Positions 19,097-27,690 of a stretch of 64,000 bases of DNA are shown here, in pieces. Location of the stretch: the IMG/VR virus record IMGVR_UViG_3300045955_000385. One strand, given 5' to 3'. A model generated the notes under the pieces. That model saw only the letters and a program-made list of their open reading frames with translations. It was not told the origin of the DNA and ran no database searches. The stretch is from an uncultured virus (IMG/VR IMGVR_UViG_3300045955_000385) (lineage: Duplodnaviria > Heunggongvirae > Uroviricota > Caudoviricetes). The position numbers were made by a program, and so were the translations under genes. The stretch's first letter is position 1. Each line of letters begins with the position of its first letter.

Positions 19097-19196
19097 GCTG
19101 CGACTCCAATCCAGTTGCAGTGTGAGTAGGGACGTGTCAGGCACCACCCTGGCACGTCTCGTTATTATACCACAAGAGTCTGCGTAATACATTGAT

Positions 19197-20534
19197 TTAC
19201 CTGAACCAAAAGCCTTGCCTTACCCCTCGTGGGATAGCACCTGGATCTCTTGTAAATGTCGGAAGTTGCACTGTCTCCTGATCCTGGTACATAATACAAA
19301 ATGTTCTAAGAGAGTCTGCGGCGTGGCTTGACCAGTCATGCATAGGATGGTCTAAGAAGGTTTTGCGTGTCTCGCTCCATTCCCTACGGTAAGCCGCCAG
19401 CGCCAGCAACCCTTCATGGCACTTCTCTTTGTCGAACATGAAACGGGGGAATAACGTTCTCACGGCCTGCACACCGTCAGCAATCGGGCTCTGCGTGGCA
19501 ATGACCGAAGGCTTCAGCCCTAAGCTTTCCGCCAGGGCCAAGCGGGAACGTCCATCACTACTAAAGTCGCGCGCCATGACGTCATGAGGCCAGTAAAAAC
19601 GACCATAGACGTAGGGCTTCTCTCGGATGGCTCGCACATAATATTCCAGTCCACGGTCCGTTGCTTCGAAGTAATCTATAACGTGGATCATTCTGCCCAC
19701 AGGCTGAAAAAACCAAATAGCCGTGCTATCGGCAACCCCGATGTCGAACGAAACGTGCACAGGGATATTGACTTCCCATGGCACTCTGGTGATACGTCCT
19801 TCCTCCCTGGCCGTCTCCAGGTACGAGGCGTAGTAGGCGCCAATCAGGGCACTCTCGAAACTGCACATCCACTCCTGGGCATATTGCTCTGGTGCCATGA
19901 CGCGCCGGGCCGCGTCGAGTTCCTCCTGCGGGATGACGCCGGTATCCTCCACCGTATAGAGCGCCGTATGCCAATCAGGCTCGTGCTGCGCCTGCTGGTA
20001 GAGGTCGTAAAAATGATTATGCCCCATGGGCGTCCCAATGAAGATGGCCCAGCCGGCCCGGTCCGCCAGTGCCGGGCGCACCACTTCATGCCACACGCGC
20101 GGGCGCATCTGGGCGTACTCATCGAACACGACGCCATCGAGGTAGATACCGCGCAGGCTATCGGGGTTATCCGCACCGTAGAGGCGAATCTGGCCACCAT
20201 TGGGGAAATCCACCCGGAGCTCGGCTTGATTGATGGTGATGTCCTCAAAGACACTGGCATAGCGCGACAGCATATCCCACGCAATGGCTTTGGCCTGGCG
20301 ATAGAGGGGAGCGATATAGGCGTAACGCGGCTGGCGCTGCGCGTTGCGTGTGAGGTCAGAGAGGGTAATCAGTAAGGTCAGGGCACTTTTCCCGAAGCGA
20401 CGATGACAGACCCAGCAATTAAAACGCTGACGCGCATCGACCAGACGCTTTTGATAGGGGCGGAGGCGTTCAGCACGGATAAGGGGTGCACGCCTAGATT
20501 TCGAGGATCTGGGTGGTGCGATGGCCATGTTCAT
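19197..20534 (-). CDS. terL: Terminase large subunit (P22/Terminase_6-like)
   Basis: CHRRFGKS Walker A, GADNPDSLRG, VVFDEYA Walker B, FIGTPMG, FDIGVADST, HDWSSHAADSLR. Confidence 0.93.
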   Translation of the reverse strand: MNMAIAPPRSSKSRRAPLIRAERLRPYQKRLVDARQRFNCWVCHRRFGKSALTLLITLSDLTRNAQRQPRYAYIAPLYRQAKAIAWDMLSRYASVFEDITINQAELRVDFPNGGQIRLYGADNPDSLRGIYLDGVVFDEYAQMRPRVWHEVVRPALADRAGWAIFIGTPMGHNHFYDLYQQAQHEPDWHTALYTVEDTGVIPQEELDAARRVMAPEQYAQEWMCSFESALIGAYYASYLETAREEGRITRVPWEVNIPVHVSFDIGVADSTAIWFFQPVGRMIHVIDYFEATDRGLEYYVRAIREKPYVYGRFYWPHDVMARDFSSDGRSRLALAESLGLKPSVIATQSPIADGVQAVRTLFPRFMFDKEKCHEGLLALAAYRREWSETRKTFLDHPMHDWSSHAADSLRTFCIMYQDQETVQLPTFTRDPGAIPRGVRQGFWFR

Positions 20535-20772
20535 CGACCTTGGTAATTTCCAGGATCTGTTTCACGTCAATGGGCTTGCCATAGACATAGGCCCAGACGG
20601 TTTGCAAGAAGGAGACACTCGGGGTCTCGGCGTTGAGCACCTTATCGAGCTGCGACTTGAATTCAGGGCGTTCCAGGATCGTGCGGAAATACGCTTCTGC
20701 CTCGACGGTGCGCTTGTTCAGAGAGCCAGGAGGGCGCCCGGCGCCGGGGCGTTTGCCGCCGTGTGTCGCCAT
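20494..20772 (-). CDS. terS: Terminase small subunit
   Basis: HGGKRPGAGRPPGSLNKRT N-terminus, directly upstream of TerL. Confidence 0.7.
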   Translation of the reverse strand: MATHGGKRPGAGRPPGSLNKRTVEAEAYFRTILERPEFKSQLDKVLNAETPSVSFLQTVWAYVYGKPIDVKQILEITKVDEHGHRTTQILEI

Positions 20773-20999
20773 GATCATTCATCTTGATTCTTTATCAAGC
20801 ATCCCCCATCCGTGCGCCGCAGGGCCAGACGACGCACGGCGGGTGTTAGTAGCACAAGAGTCCTGGGGTCGTGTGGATAGTGTCGAGAGGAGAGGGCTTG
20901 CCGGTGAGTAGGCGCACCAGTAGCCCCAAGGATAGGATAGGTCTAAGATACTCTATCCTATACTTCCTCTAGACTACTAGCACGGGAACAATTGTATGG

Positions 21000-21242
21000 C
21001 TATCGCGTGCTGGATGTCAAAAGGGAAAATGGGTCCGCGTCGATCCAGGCCACGGCATCAGCGGGGGCCGCATGCATGCTGGCGGTGTTCGAGGGCCAGA
21101 CCCAGATCACGGCGTCTGCGGCAAAGTCGACGTCGCTGAACACGGCCTCCGGGTAGCGCGCCAGCAGCGCGGTCATGGCGTCCTGGAGGGAGGCGAAGTC
21201 CTCCGGGGTGGCGCACGCCAGGTCGTAGACGGTGCAGGGCAT
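21000..21242 (-). CDS. Hypothetical protein
   Basis: GGAGGA SD; 80-aa ORF. Confidence 0.45.
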   Translation of the reverse strand: MPCTVYDLACATPEDFASLQDAMTALLARYPEAVFSDVDFAADAVIWVWPSNTASMHAAPADAVAWIDADPFSLLTSSTR

Positions 21243-21250
21243 ACGTCCTC

Positions 21251-21460
21251 CTAGTGCCCATTGGGCGGCCGCTGGAGCAGGTCGAGGATGGCGGCGAGCG
21301 TGCGGTCAAGGCGCGCGTTGATCTCGCCTTGACTGGCGAGAAACCGGAGGAGTTGGTCCTCCACCTTGCTCTGCATCTCGGCCAGGTCGATCATCACGGC
21401 TGTCAGTTTGTCAAAGCCCTGCTCCAGGCGTGTCAGGCGGCCTTCGTGGTCATCAGGCAT
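21251..21460 (-). CDS. Small coiled-coil peptide (LLQR..NG family)
   Basis: Heptad pattern; ends LLQRPPNGH. Confidence 0.55.
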   Translation of the reverse strand: MPDDHEGRLTRLEQGFDKLTAVMIDLAEMQSKVEDQLLRFLASQGEINARLDRTLAAILDLLQRPPNGH

Positions 21461-21468
21461 CTGTCCTC

Positions 21469-21645
21469 CTAGGGCGTGCCGTTGTGCGTGTCGTTCCCCT
21501 CGCGGCGCTGGAGGAGTTGCACGATCAGGCGGTGGTCCTCGCGCAGGGCATCGATCACCGCGTCCATGCGGCTACAGAGCGCCACGAGGTGTCGGATAAT
21601 GTCCTCGTGGCTGGCGAGCTGGGCGTTAAAGTCAGGGTCAGACAT
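21469..21645 (-). CDS. Small coiled-coil peptide (LLQR..NG family)
   Basis: Ends IVQLLQRREGNDTHNGTP. Confidence 0.55.
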   Translation of the reverse strand: MSDPDFNAQLASHEDIIRHLVALCSRMDAVIDALREDHRLIVQLLQRREGNDTHNGTP

Positions 21646-21862
21646 GGGGCACCTCGTCACGACCGAGGAGATAATCCACACTCACGCCGAGCACATCAGC
21701 AAGACGGACAAGCCGCGCCACCGTGGGCACACTCACGCCACGTTCGTACTTACTCACATCGGTTTTAAACAGCCGCGCCTGGTGCGCGACATCATCCTGA
21801 CTCAATCCACGTCGTCGCCGCACGAGCAGCAAGCGCTCCTGTAACAGCGGAACACGTTCCAT
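21638..21862 (-). CDS. XRE-family HTH regulator
   Basis: RRRRGLSQDDVA...VSKYERGVSVPT...LADVLGVSVDYLLGR. Confidence 0.9.
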   Translation of the reverse strand: MERVPLLQERLLLVRRRRGLSQDDVAHQARLFKTDVSKYERGVSVPTVARLVRLADVLGVSVDYLLGRDEVPHV

Positions 21863-21937
21863 ACTCACCTCCTACTATGATGATAGCAAGTGGTGAAAAA
21901 TATTTCAAATTTCTTCTACTTTTTTTCTAAGATTGGC

Positions 21938-21966
21938 TTGCACAGGTAAGCGAGTTAGGCTACAAT
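21938..21966 (+). promoter_or_regulatory. Sigma70-type promoter divergent from the XRE gene
   Basis: TTGCAC, 17-bp spacer, TACAAT, in an AT-rich intergenic region. Confidence 0.7.
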
Positions 21967-22026
21967 ATTTCTAGAGACAGCATGGCGGTGGCCAACCCCG
22001 CAAGAGAGCATAAGGAGAAAGACAGC

Positions 22027-22620
22027 ATGTATCCAGAGGCACTCATTACCCGTTTTTGGTCCCATGTGCGACAGTGTACACATGGGATGACGTGTGACAC
22101 CTGTTGTTGGGAATGGACAGCAAGTCTGAATTCCTGGGGGTATGGAAATTTTAAAATGACGCCCCGCTACCGCGAAGGACGGGCCATCACACAGCACGCA
22201 CACCGCGTTGCGTATCGGATTCACTATGGGGCATTCGACGACGCAGCATTCGTCTGCCATCGTTGCGATAATCCTGCCTGCGTTAATCCACAACATTTAT
22301 GGCTCGGCACACCAAAAGACAATGTCAATGATGCGGTGAAGAAAGGACGACATCGATCCCAAGTCCTCAAGCTCCCGGAAGAGGAGAAGCGGGTCATTAT
22401 GTACGCGAAATCACGCGGGATAAACAATAAGCATCTTGCCATGATTTTCGCAGTCACGATCCAAACGATACGTCTCATTGGGCATCAGCAAGTGTTCCAC
22501 AGTCCTAAGGAAGGATTTCAGGACTATGCCGCAGAGTATGTGAAGATGGCAATTGAAAAAAGGTTAGCGGCTTTACGAGAGCAGTTACTCGAAGTCTGCC
22601 AGCAGTTAAAAGAACAGTAA
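22027..22620 (+). CDS. HNH endonuclease (HNH_3-like)
   Basis: CWEWTAS...AHRVAY...VCHRCDNPACVNPQHLWLGTPKDNVNDAVKKGR. Confidence 0.88.
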   Translation: MYPEALITRFWSHVRQCTHGMTCDTCCWEWTASLNSWGYGNFKMTPRYREGRAITQHAHRVAYRIHYGAFDDAAFVCHRCDNPACVNPQHLWLGTPKDNVNDAVKKGRHRSQVLKLPEEEKRVIMYAKSRGINNKHLAMIFAVTIQTIRLIGHQQVFHSPKEGFQDYAAEYVKMAIEKRLAALREQLLEVCQQLKEQ

Positions 22621-22704
22621 GGAAACATAGCGCGGCGTACCGCCAAGCCCTAGGAAGCGAACGGTACGCCACACCACCCCTGAACCCCATGGAGGAGTCG
22701 AGAG

Positions 22705-23250
22705 ATGCGCACCGTAGCAGAAACCATCCAGTTTGACAATGCCCTGAGAGACCTGGCCGAGCGTGCCCGCACCCGGTACGCCGGCGAAACGGCCCGCATC
22801 GACCGCGGCCTCTGCCTGGCGCTGAACGGCCACGTCACGCTGCACCAGGACGGGACGGCCAGCGTGCAGAGCGGCCGCGACGCCGAGGTGGTGTATACGG
22901 TAAACGGGCACTGCGATTGCCCGGATGCGACGCGGGCCCCGGAAGGCCGGTGTAAACATGTATGGGCTCGCTGCTTCGTCCGCAAAGCCCACAAGCAGAT
23001 CGAGGAGGACCGGGCCGCCAACACGTATTATGCCACGTACTACGCCGAGCATGGCCTGGCGTATCAGGGCATCGCGCAGTACATCCCCGGGCAGGGCTGG
23101 GTGTTTCAGTCGGACGAGGATGACTTTACGCTGACCTACGCTGACCATGCCAGCCTGGTGCTGGGCGGCCGCGTCGATATCCTCGAAGCGCAGCGCGCCG
23201 CCGATGGTTCGCTGGTTGAGAAAGTCTGCTTCGGCACAGGGAGGAGTTAA
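22705..23250 (+). CDS. SWIM-type zinc finger protein
   Basis: YTVNGHCDCPD...CKHVWA fits the CxC-xn-CxH pattern. Confidence 0.7.
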   Translation: MRTVAETIQFDNALRDLAERARTRYAGETARIDRGLCLALNGHVTLHQDGTASVQSGRDAEVVYTVNGHCDCPDATRAPEGRCKHVWARCFVRKAHKQIEEDRAANTYYATYYAEHGLAYQGIAQYIPGQGWVFQSDEDDFTLTYADHASLVLGGRVDILEAQRAADGSLVEKVCFGTGRS

Positions 23251-23253
23251 ACC

Positions 23254-23835
23254 ATGATTGCCGAATACCTTGTCCTGGTCTTGGCCTTCAGCGTCGCTGA
23301 AGGCCTCCTCCTGTGTGTCGTGCACCAGTATCTGCGCCGCCGCCGCTAACCCCACCCCGGGCGCCACGCGTGGCGCCCGACAAGGAGCCCTGATGCCCAC
23401 ACTCGATGACCACGAAGAACGCTTGCAGCAGCATGCCGAACGGATTCGGTTGCTCGAAGACTTGATGGCGCGCGCCATCGCCCTGAACGAACTGGTGGTG
23501 CAATTGCTCCAGCGCCAGGCGGACGGCGGCCCCCAGAACGGGCAGCCCTGAGCGCACCCCCGGGCGCCCACACGGCGCCCCAGAAAGGAGATGCGACGAT
23601 GTTGACCCCACACGAAGAGACGCAGTGGTACGACTATGTCGAGACCATGGCTCAGCGAGGCCTGACGGTGGACGTAAGCGAGCTGGTGGACGTGCTGCGC
23701 CATCTGGAGGATGCCCCCGCAGGGCACGTGCTGGCCGCCGCCCTGGGAGTCGGCACCATGCCCCTGGAGGATCTGGCCAGGCGCCTGACCTTACAGACGC
23801 GGACCATCATCGAGACCGGCCGCGTCCCACGGTAA
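23254..23835 (+). other. Three small genes (23254-23349 TM peptide, 23393-23551 coiled-coil peptide, 23599-23835 hypothetical), each followed by a GGGCGCC-n-GGCGCCC hairpin
   Basis: Each ORF has an AGGAG SD. Hairpins at 23358-23379, 23562-23580 and 23845-23863. Confidence 0.55.
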
Positions 23836-23981
23836 CCCCCCACCGGGCGCCCCCGTGGCGCCCATCCCGGCACACCATGGAAAGCTAAAGTTTCCATGTA
23901 TATCCTCGTAACTTCTTGATGTACCTGCTCTTAAGAGATCCGTATTTTCCCTGGTTGCGCCTGGGTTGCGGATTGACGTCC

Positions 23982-24440
23982 TCAAGCCGTCTCCGTGCCG
24001 TTGCGCTCCGTGTCCCCGTGTCCCCCGGTCTCCGTGTCTGCCTCTGCCTGTCCCTGGCGCCGGAGCTCCTGCCAGAGATCGCTGACCCGGGTCAACTGTT
24101 CCTGCGAGAGGTTGCCGAGGATGACCATCCCCCCGTTGGCCACCCAGACGCGCACTTCGCCCGCCGCGTGGTAGTGCACGACGCGGCCACCGCCGAGGCC
24201 GCCGAGCAGTTCATCAATGCTGGTACGCAGGGCGGCCGCCAGGTCCTGCGCGTGCTCGAGGGACGGCCACACCTTGCCACCCTCAATCTGCGAGATGTTT
24301 TCCTGGGTCACGCCGATGCGCTGCGCCAGCTCGCCCTGGGAAAGCCCCAGACGTTCCCGGTGCAGGCGCACCATGCGCCCAAAAAGCTCCTGCCTGACCC
24401 GACTCTGCGCCCGTCCACGCTTCTGTTTTGCCGCCGGCAT
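23982..24440 (-). CDS. XRE-family repressor (CI-like position; no peptidase domain seen)
   Basis: RERLGLSQGELAQRIGVTQENISQIEGGKVWPS...LAAALRTSIDELL; divergent from the Cro-like gene. Confidence 0.85.
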   Translation of the reverse strand: MPAAKQKRGRAQSRVRQELFGRMVRLHRERLGLSQGELAQRIGVTQENISQIEGGKVWPSLEHAQDLAAALRTSIDELLGGLGGGRVVHYHAAGEVRVWVANGGMVILGNLSQEQLTRVSDLWQELRRQGQAEADTETGGHGDTERNGTETA

Positions 24441-24593
24441 GCTGCACCATCCGTGTCAACGTATAACTTTTTTCCGCGCCAGTATAAGTAAAAGTTCTTG
24501 TAACTATAGACAACAATTAACATTCCGTAAAGTCATATAAATTCCAGATATTAAATATAGGAAAAATAGAACGTTTCGAGGCTGTTTTTAGGC

Positions 24594-24622
24594 TTGCAGG
24601 GTCGCATTAATCTGACTATAAG
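24594..24622 (+). promoter_or_regulatory. Putative rightward early promoter
   Basis: TTGCAG, 17-bp spacer, TATAAG, in the AT-rich CI/Cro intergenic region. Confidence 0.5.
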
Positions 24623-24687
24623 GTGACTTTATCAAACTCACAGATACTTTGGCCTCTTGTCCTGGAGACAGCGGAGAGGAGGACCCA

Positions 24688-24948
24688 TTGTCGACGACCA
24701 GATTAGGCAGCCTGCTCCTGGCCGGCCGGGTCATGGCTGGCTTCAAACAGATCGACGCCGCAGATCACGCCAACATCTCGCAACCCTATCTCTCGATGAT
24801 TGAACATGGCAAGTGTGCCCCCTCACGCGCCCTCAGAGACCGCCTGTGCATGCTCTACGGCCTGGAGGTGGACAAGGTTGAGGCGGCCGTCAAGCGCGGC
24901 GGGCCGCGACTGGCGCTGCTGCTGCTGGTGGGCGGGTGGTGCGTATGA
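24688..24948 (+). CDS. Cro-like XRE HTH protein
   Basis: GFKQIDAADHANISQPYLSMIEHGK; GGAGG SD before a TTG start. Confidence 0.75.
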   Translation: MSTTRLGSLLLAGRVMAGFKQIDAADHANISQPYLSMIEHGKCAPSRALRDRLCMLYGLEVDKVEAAVKRGGPRLALLLLVGGWCV

Positions 24949-25271
24949 GCCCGCCCGCGTGCCCCGTATGCCGCGTCCTCACCAGCTATGCCGAGGTGCT
25001 GCTCGTGCAGTTCGTGCTGGCACTCCAGGACCTGGTGCGGACCTGTTGCCCGGCCTGTGCCGAGCCCTGGGGCGAGCACGGCCTGGCGCATCCGCATCAG
25101 CGAGTGGGGCGGGTATCCTCCTGCCCAGGCATCGAGGGAGAAGGTGAACTGCAGCAGAGTGATCATGCGAGAGAGCGGGGCTGGGTGTGGGATCCAGCCC
25201 CAGACAACCTGATCCATCCCGCGCATGGGTGACACCTCGCGGGAGGATCCTGCAACCAGAAGGAAAGCATA

Positions 25272-26147
25272 ATGGCCGAGAGGCAAAATACCAAACAGGT
25301 CGAAACTAGCCCTGCAGTGCAACGCAAGCCCTCCCGCGAGGCCTTGCCCGAGATTGAATGGCTGGCGGTCGCGGATTTGCTTGTGGACTATAGCTATCAA
25401 CATCGCCCGTATGCCAGTGCGATCGAAGCGCTCAACAAGGATTTCCAGGAGGCCCATAGCGGCTTTATTCTGGTCAATCAGCGGGCGGATGGCAGCATGT
25501 GGATTCTCGATGGACAGACGCGTCACGCTGTGCACCAGCTGCGCGGGATCCGGTGGATCAGGGCGGAAATGCTCCATGGGCTCACCCAGGCCGACGAGGC
25601 TGAGGTGTATTTACTCAAATGCATCAACGCCAAACGCATGCCGGTGGATTTCTTTCTGGCGGAATATATCGCCAGACGACCCATCGCCGTGCTCATCCAT
25701 GACGTACTCACCAAACGTGGGATTGAGATTGAGTCCTACGCCACAACGCAACGGCGGCGCGGGATCGATACCACCCCGGTGGTCACCTGCGTCAGCTATC
25801 TCAAGCGCATGATTCACCGGGATCCCAGCGGGGAGGTGTTAGGGATGGCCCTGGATTTGATTGACGATACCTGGGAGTACAGCGGGAATTCGCTGACCGC
25901 GATCTTTCTAGACGCCATCCACAAAATCCTCGTGGCGCATGCCGATGAACTGGACCGCAAAGCCTTTATCACGAAGTTGGAAGGGCACCGTCCCGAAGAA
26001 TTGCGTGAGCAAGCGCTGCTCCTCAGGCTCGGCACGAAACCCCAACTCTCCGTCGGCGTCGCGCTGCAGCGGGTGATGATCGATCTCTACAATCACGGCC
26101 GGCCGCAGGACAGGAGGATCACCCTTGGATCTCCAAACCGCAGCTAG
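25272..26147 (+). CDS. ParB/Srx-like nuclease-domain protein
   Basis: LLVDYSYQHR...ILVNQRADGSMWILDGQTR...EAEVYL. Confidence 0.65.
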   Translation: MAERQNTKQVETSPAVQRKPSREALPEIEWLAVADLLVDYSYQHRPYASAIEALNKDFQEAHSGFILVNQRADGSMWILDGQTRHAVHQLRGIRWIRAEMLHGLTQADEAEVYLLKCINAKRMPVDFFLAEYIARRPIAVLIHDVLTKRGIEIESYATTQRRRGIDTTPVVTCVSYLKRMIHRDPSGEVLGMALDLIDDTWEYSGNSLTAIFLDAIHKILVAHADELDRKAFITKLEGHRPEELREQALLLRLGTKPQLSVGVALQRVMIDLYNHGRPQDRRITLGSPNRS

Positions 26148-26700
26148 GCGCTATGAAGAAACGCGGCACTTTTGGGCGCGCGAAATGGCCCTCAAACTTG
26201 TCGAAGGCCATTACCTGAAGCTCGTGCACCTGTTGCGGTGCATGCAGGCCAACGCGGCGCCCATGTCCACGAGGATGCTTGCTGCAACCTGGCCCATGGG
26301 CAATGGCAAACTCATCTCACATGAGCGTGGTGTCGTCATGAGCCTCAAGGCTCTCAGGCGTGCAGGCATGGTCAAACGCAGCTCCAGGGCTGACTGTGTC
26401 TTTTGGTATACGCTGACAGAATTAGGGGAAATGGTGTGCCTGTATCTGCCTCTGGATGAGGGCAATGCCGCGACGAAAAATACCCGCTCACCTTCGGTTG
26501 GGAAAATACAGAACGCGTTCCCAACCGATGGTGGCGAGACACATACGCCGCCAGACGAACACAAGGTGGAGGGGGACAATCCGGTCCTGGACAATCAACA
26601 GCTGGAGGAAGCCCATAATCAGCCTGGCAACCAACCGATGGAGCAGACACGCAAACGCGGGCGACCTCGGAAAACGCTCGTGGCTGCAGACAGCGCTTGA
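26125..26700 (+). CDS. Hypothetical DNA-binding protein (winged-helix-like, with AT-hook-like RKRGRPRK)
   Basis: LKALRRAGMVKR...WYTLTELG, and C-terminal GRPRK. Confidence 0.45.
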   Translation: MDLQTAARRYEETRHFWAREMALKLVEGHYLKLVHLLRCMQANAAPMSTRMLAATWPMGNGKLISHERGVVMSLKALRRAGMVKRSSRADCVFWYTLTELGEMVCLYLPLDEGNAATKNTRSPSVGKIQNAFPTDGGETHTPPDEHKVEGDNPVLDNQQLEEAHNQPGNQPMEQTRKRGRPRKTLVAADSA

Positions 26701-26730
26701 GAGCTCTCAGGGAGGGGGACATCCCCCCTC

Positions 26731-26940
26731 CTACGCCGTCGGGGCCAGGGCGCGGCGGCGGCGATCTTTGGTGCGATCTCGCTCCTCCTTGAGAAGCCGC
26801 CTGGCGAGCGCAGAGGCACCTTCAGGATGCACATCCAACCACTCTTTCAGGTCGCAGGGCACCATGATGTGGATCTGATACGTCAACCCTTTAGGTTTCG
26901 GGCCTGGTTTTTTGCGTGGTGAGGTCTCTGGAGTATCCAT
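26731..26940 (-). CDS. Small basic, possibly ribbon-helix-helix protein
   Basis: RKKPGPKPKG...IHIMVPCDLKEWL...ARRLL. Confidence 0.45.
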   Translation of the reverse strand: MDTPETSPRKKPGPKPKGLTYQIHIMVPCDLKEWLDVHPEGASALARRLLKEERDRTKDRRRRALAPTA

Positions 26941-27048
26941 GTGATAAGTGTAGCACAAATGGATAATTGTTGTACATAAGGGAAAAATCACGTACAATTA
27001 ATCTACAAAAATCATACGGATATCTTCGCAACACAGAAGGACCTCTCT

Positions 27049-27690
27049 ATGCCTCCCCTCGCCCCAAAACCATACAGCGTCATTCATCACGAAGCCCCCC
27101 TGCCACCTGATCTCAGCAAGGGCCAGACGCTCATCGCGCTCTATGCCCTGCAACAATGGGAATGCCTCAAGCAACCCCAACTCAGCCCCTACAAACCCGG
27201 CTACTTCTATAACGCCATCCAGGGCATTTTACGCGGGCTGGAGACCCCATCGCGAGGCACCGCGTTGCGCCATCTCGCCACCAGTGCCTGCATCGCCTGT
27301 GGCGATCCCGTCAATCCGCTGCGTTCCAGATTCGATCATATCATTCCAAGCGCCAGCGGTGGTCCGGAAGACCTCGGCAATGCCCTCGTCTTGTGTCGTC
27401 CGCATAACAGCTCGAAAGGGACGAGGGACCTGCTCGACTGGTGGCTGTGGAAATCCTACGATGCCCTCCTGCTGCCTCGAGAGGTCCTGTGCCTCTATGC
27501 CCGTATTCACTGGCAGCATTACGGCCCAGAAGTTCTTGGCGAACCCACACCGCCCTTTCTTGCCGCGTTCCTGTGTGCCCGCGCTGCAGCCCTCCCCGGC
27601 GATGACTACCGCATTGCCCTGATCGGTGCAGCCTTTGCCGCCAGTGGCTTTGTACGCTGGCTCAAGGAGCCCCCACGCCATGGCACGTGA
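27049..27690 (+). CDS. HNH endonuclease
   Basis: CIACG...FDHIIP...NALVLCRPHNSSKG. Confidence 0.8.
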   Translation: MPPLAPKPYSVIHHEAPLPPDLSKGQTLIALYALQQWECLKQPQLSPYKPGYFYNAIQGILRGLETPSRGTALRHLATSACIACGDPVNPLRSRFDHIIPSASGGPEDLGNALVLCRPHNSSKGTRDLLDWWLWKSYDALLLPREVLCLYARIHWQHYGPEVLGEPTPPFLAAFLCARAAALPGDDYRIALIGAAFAASGFVRWLKEPPRHGT

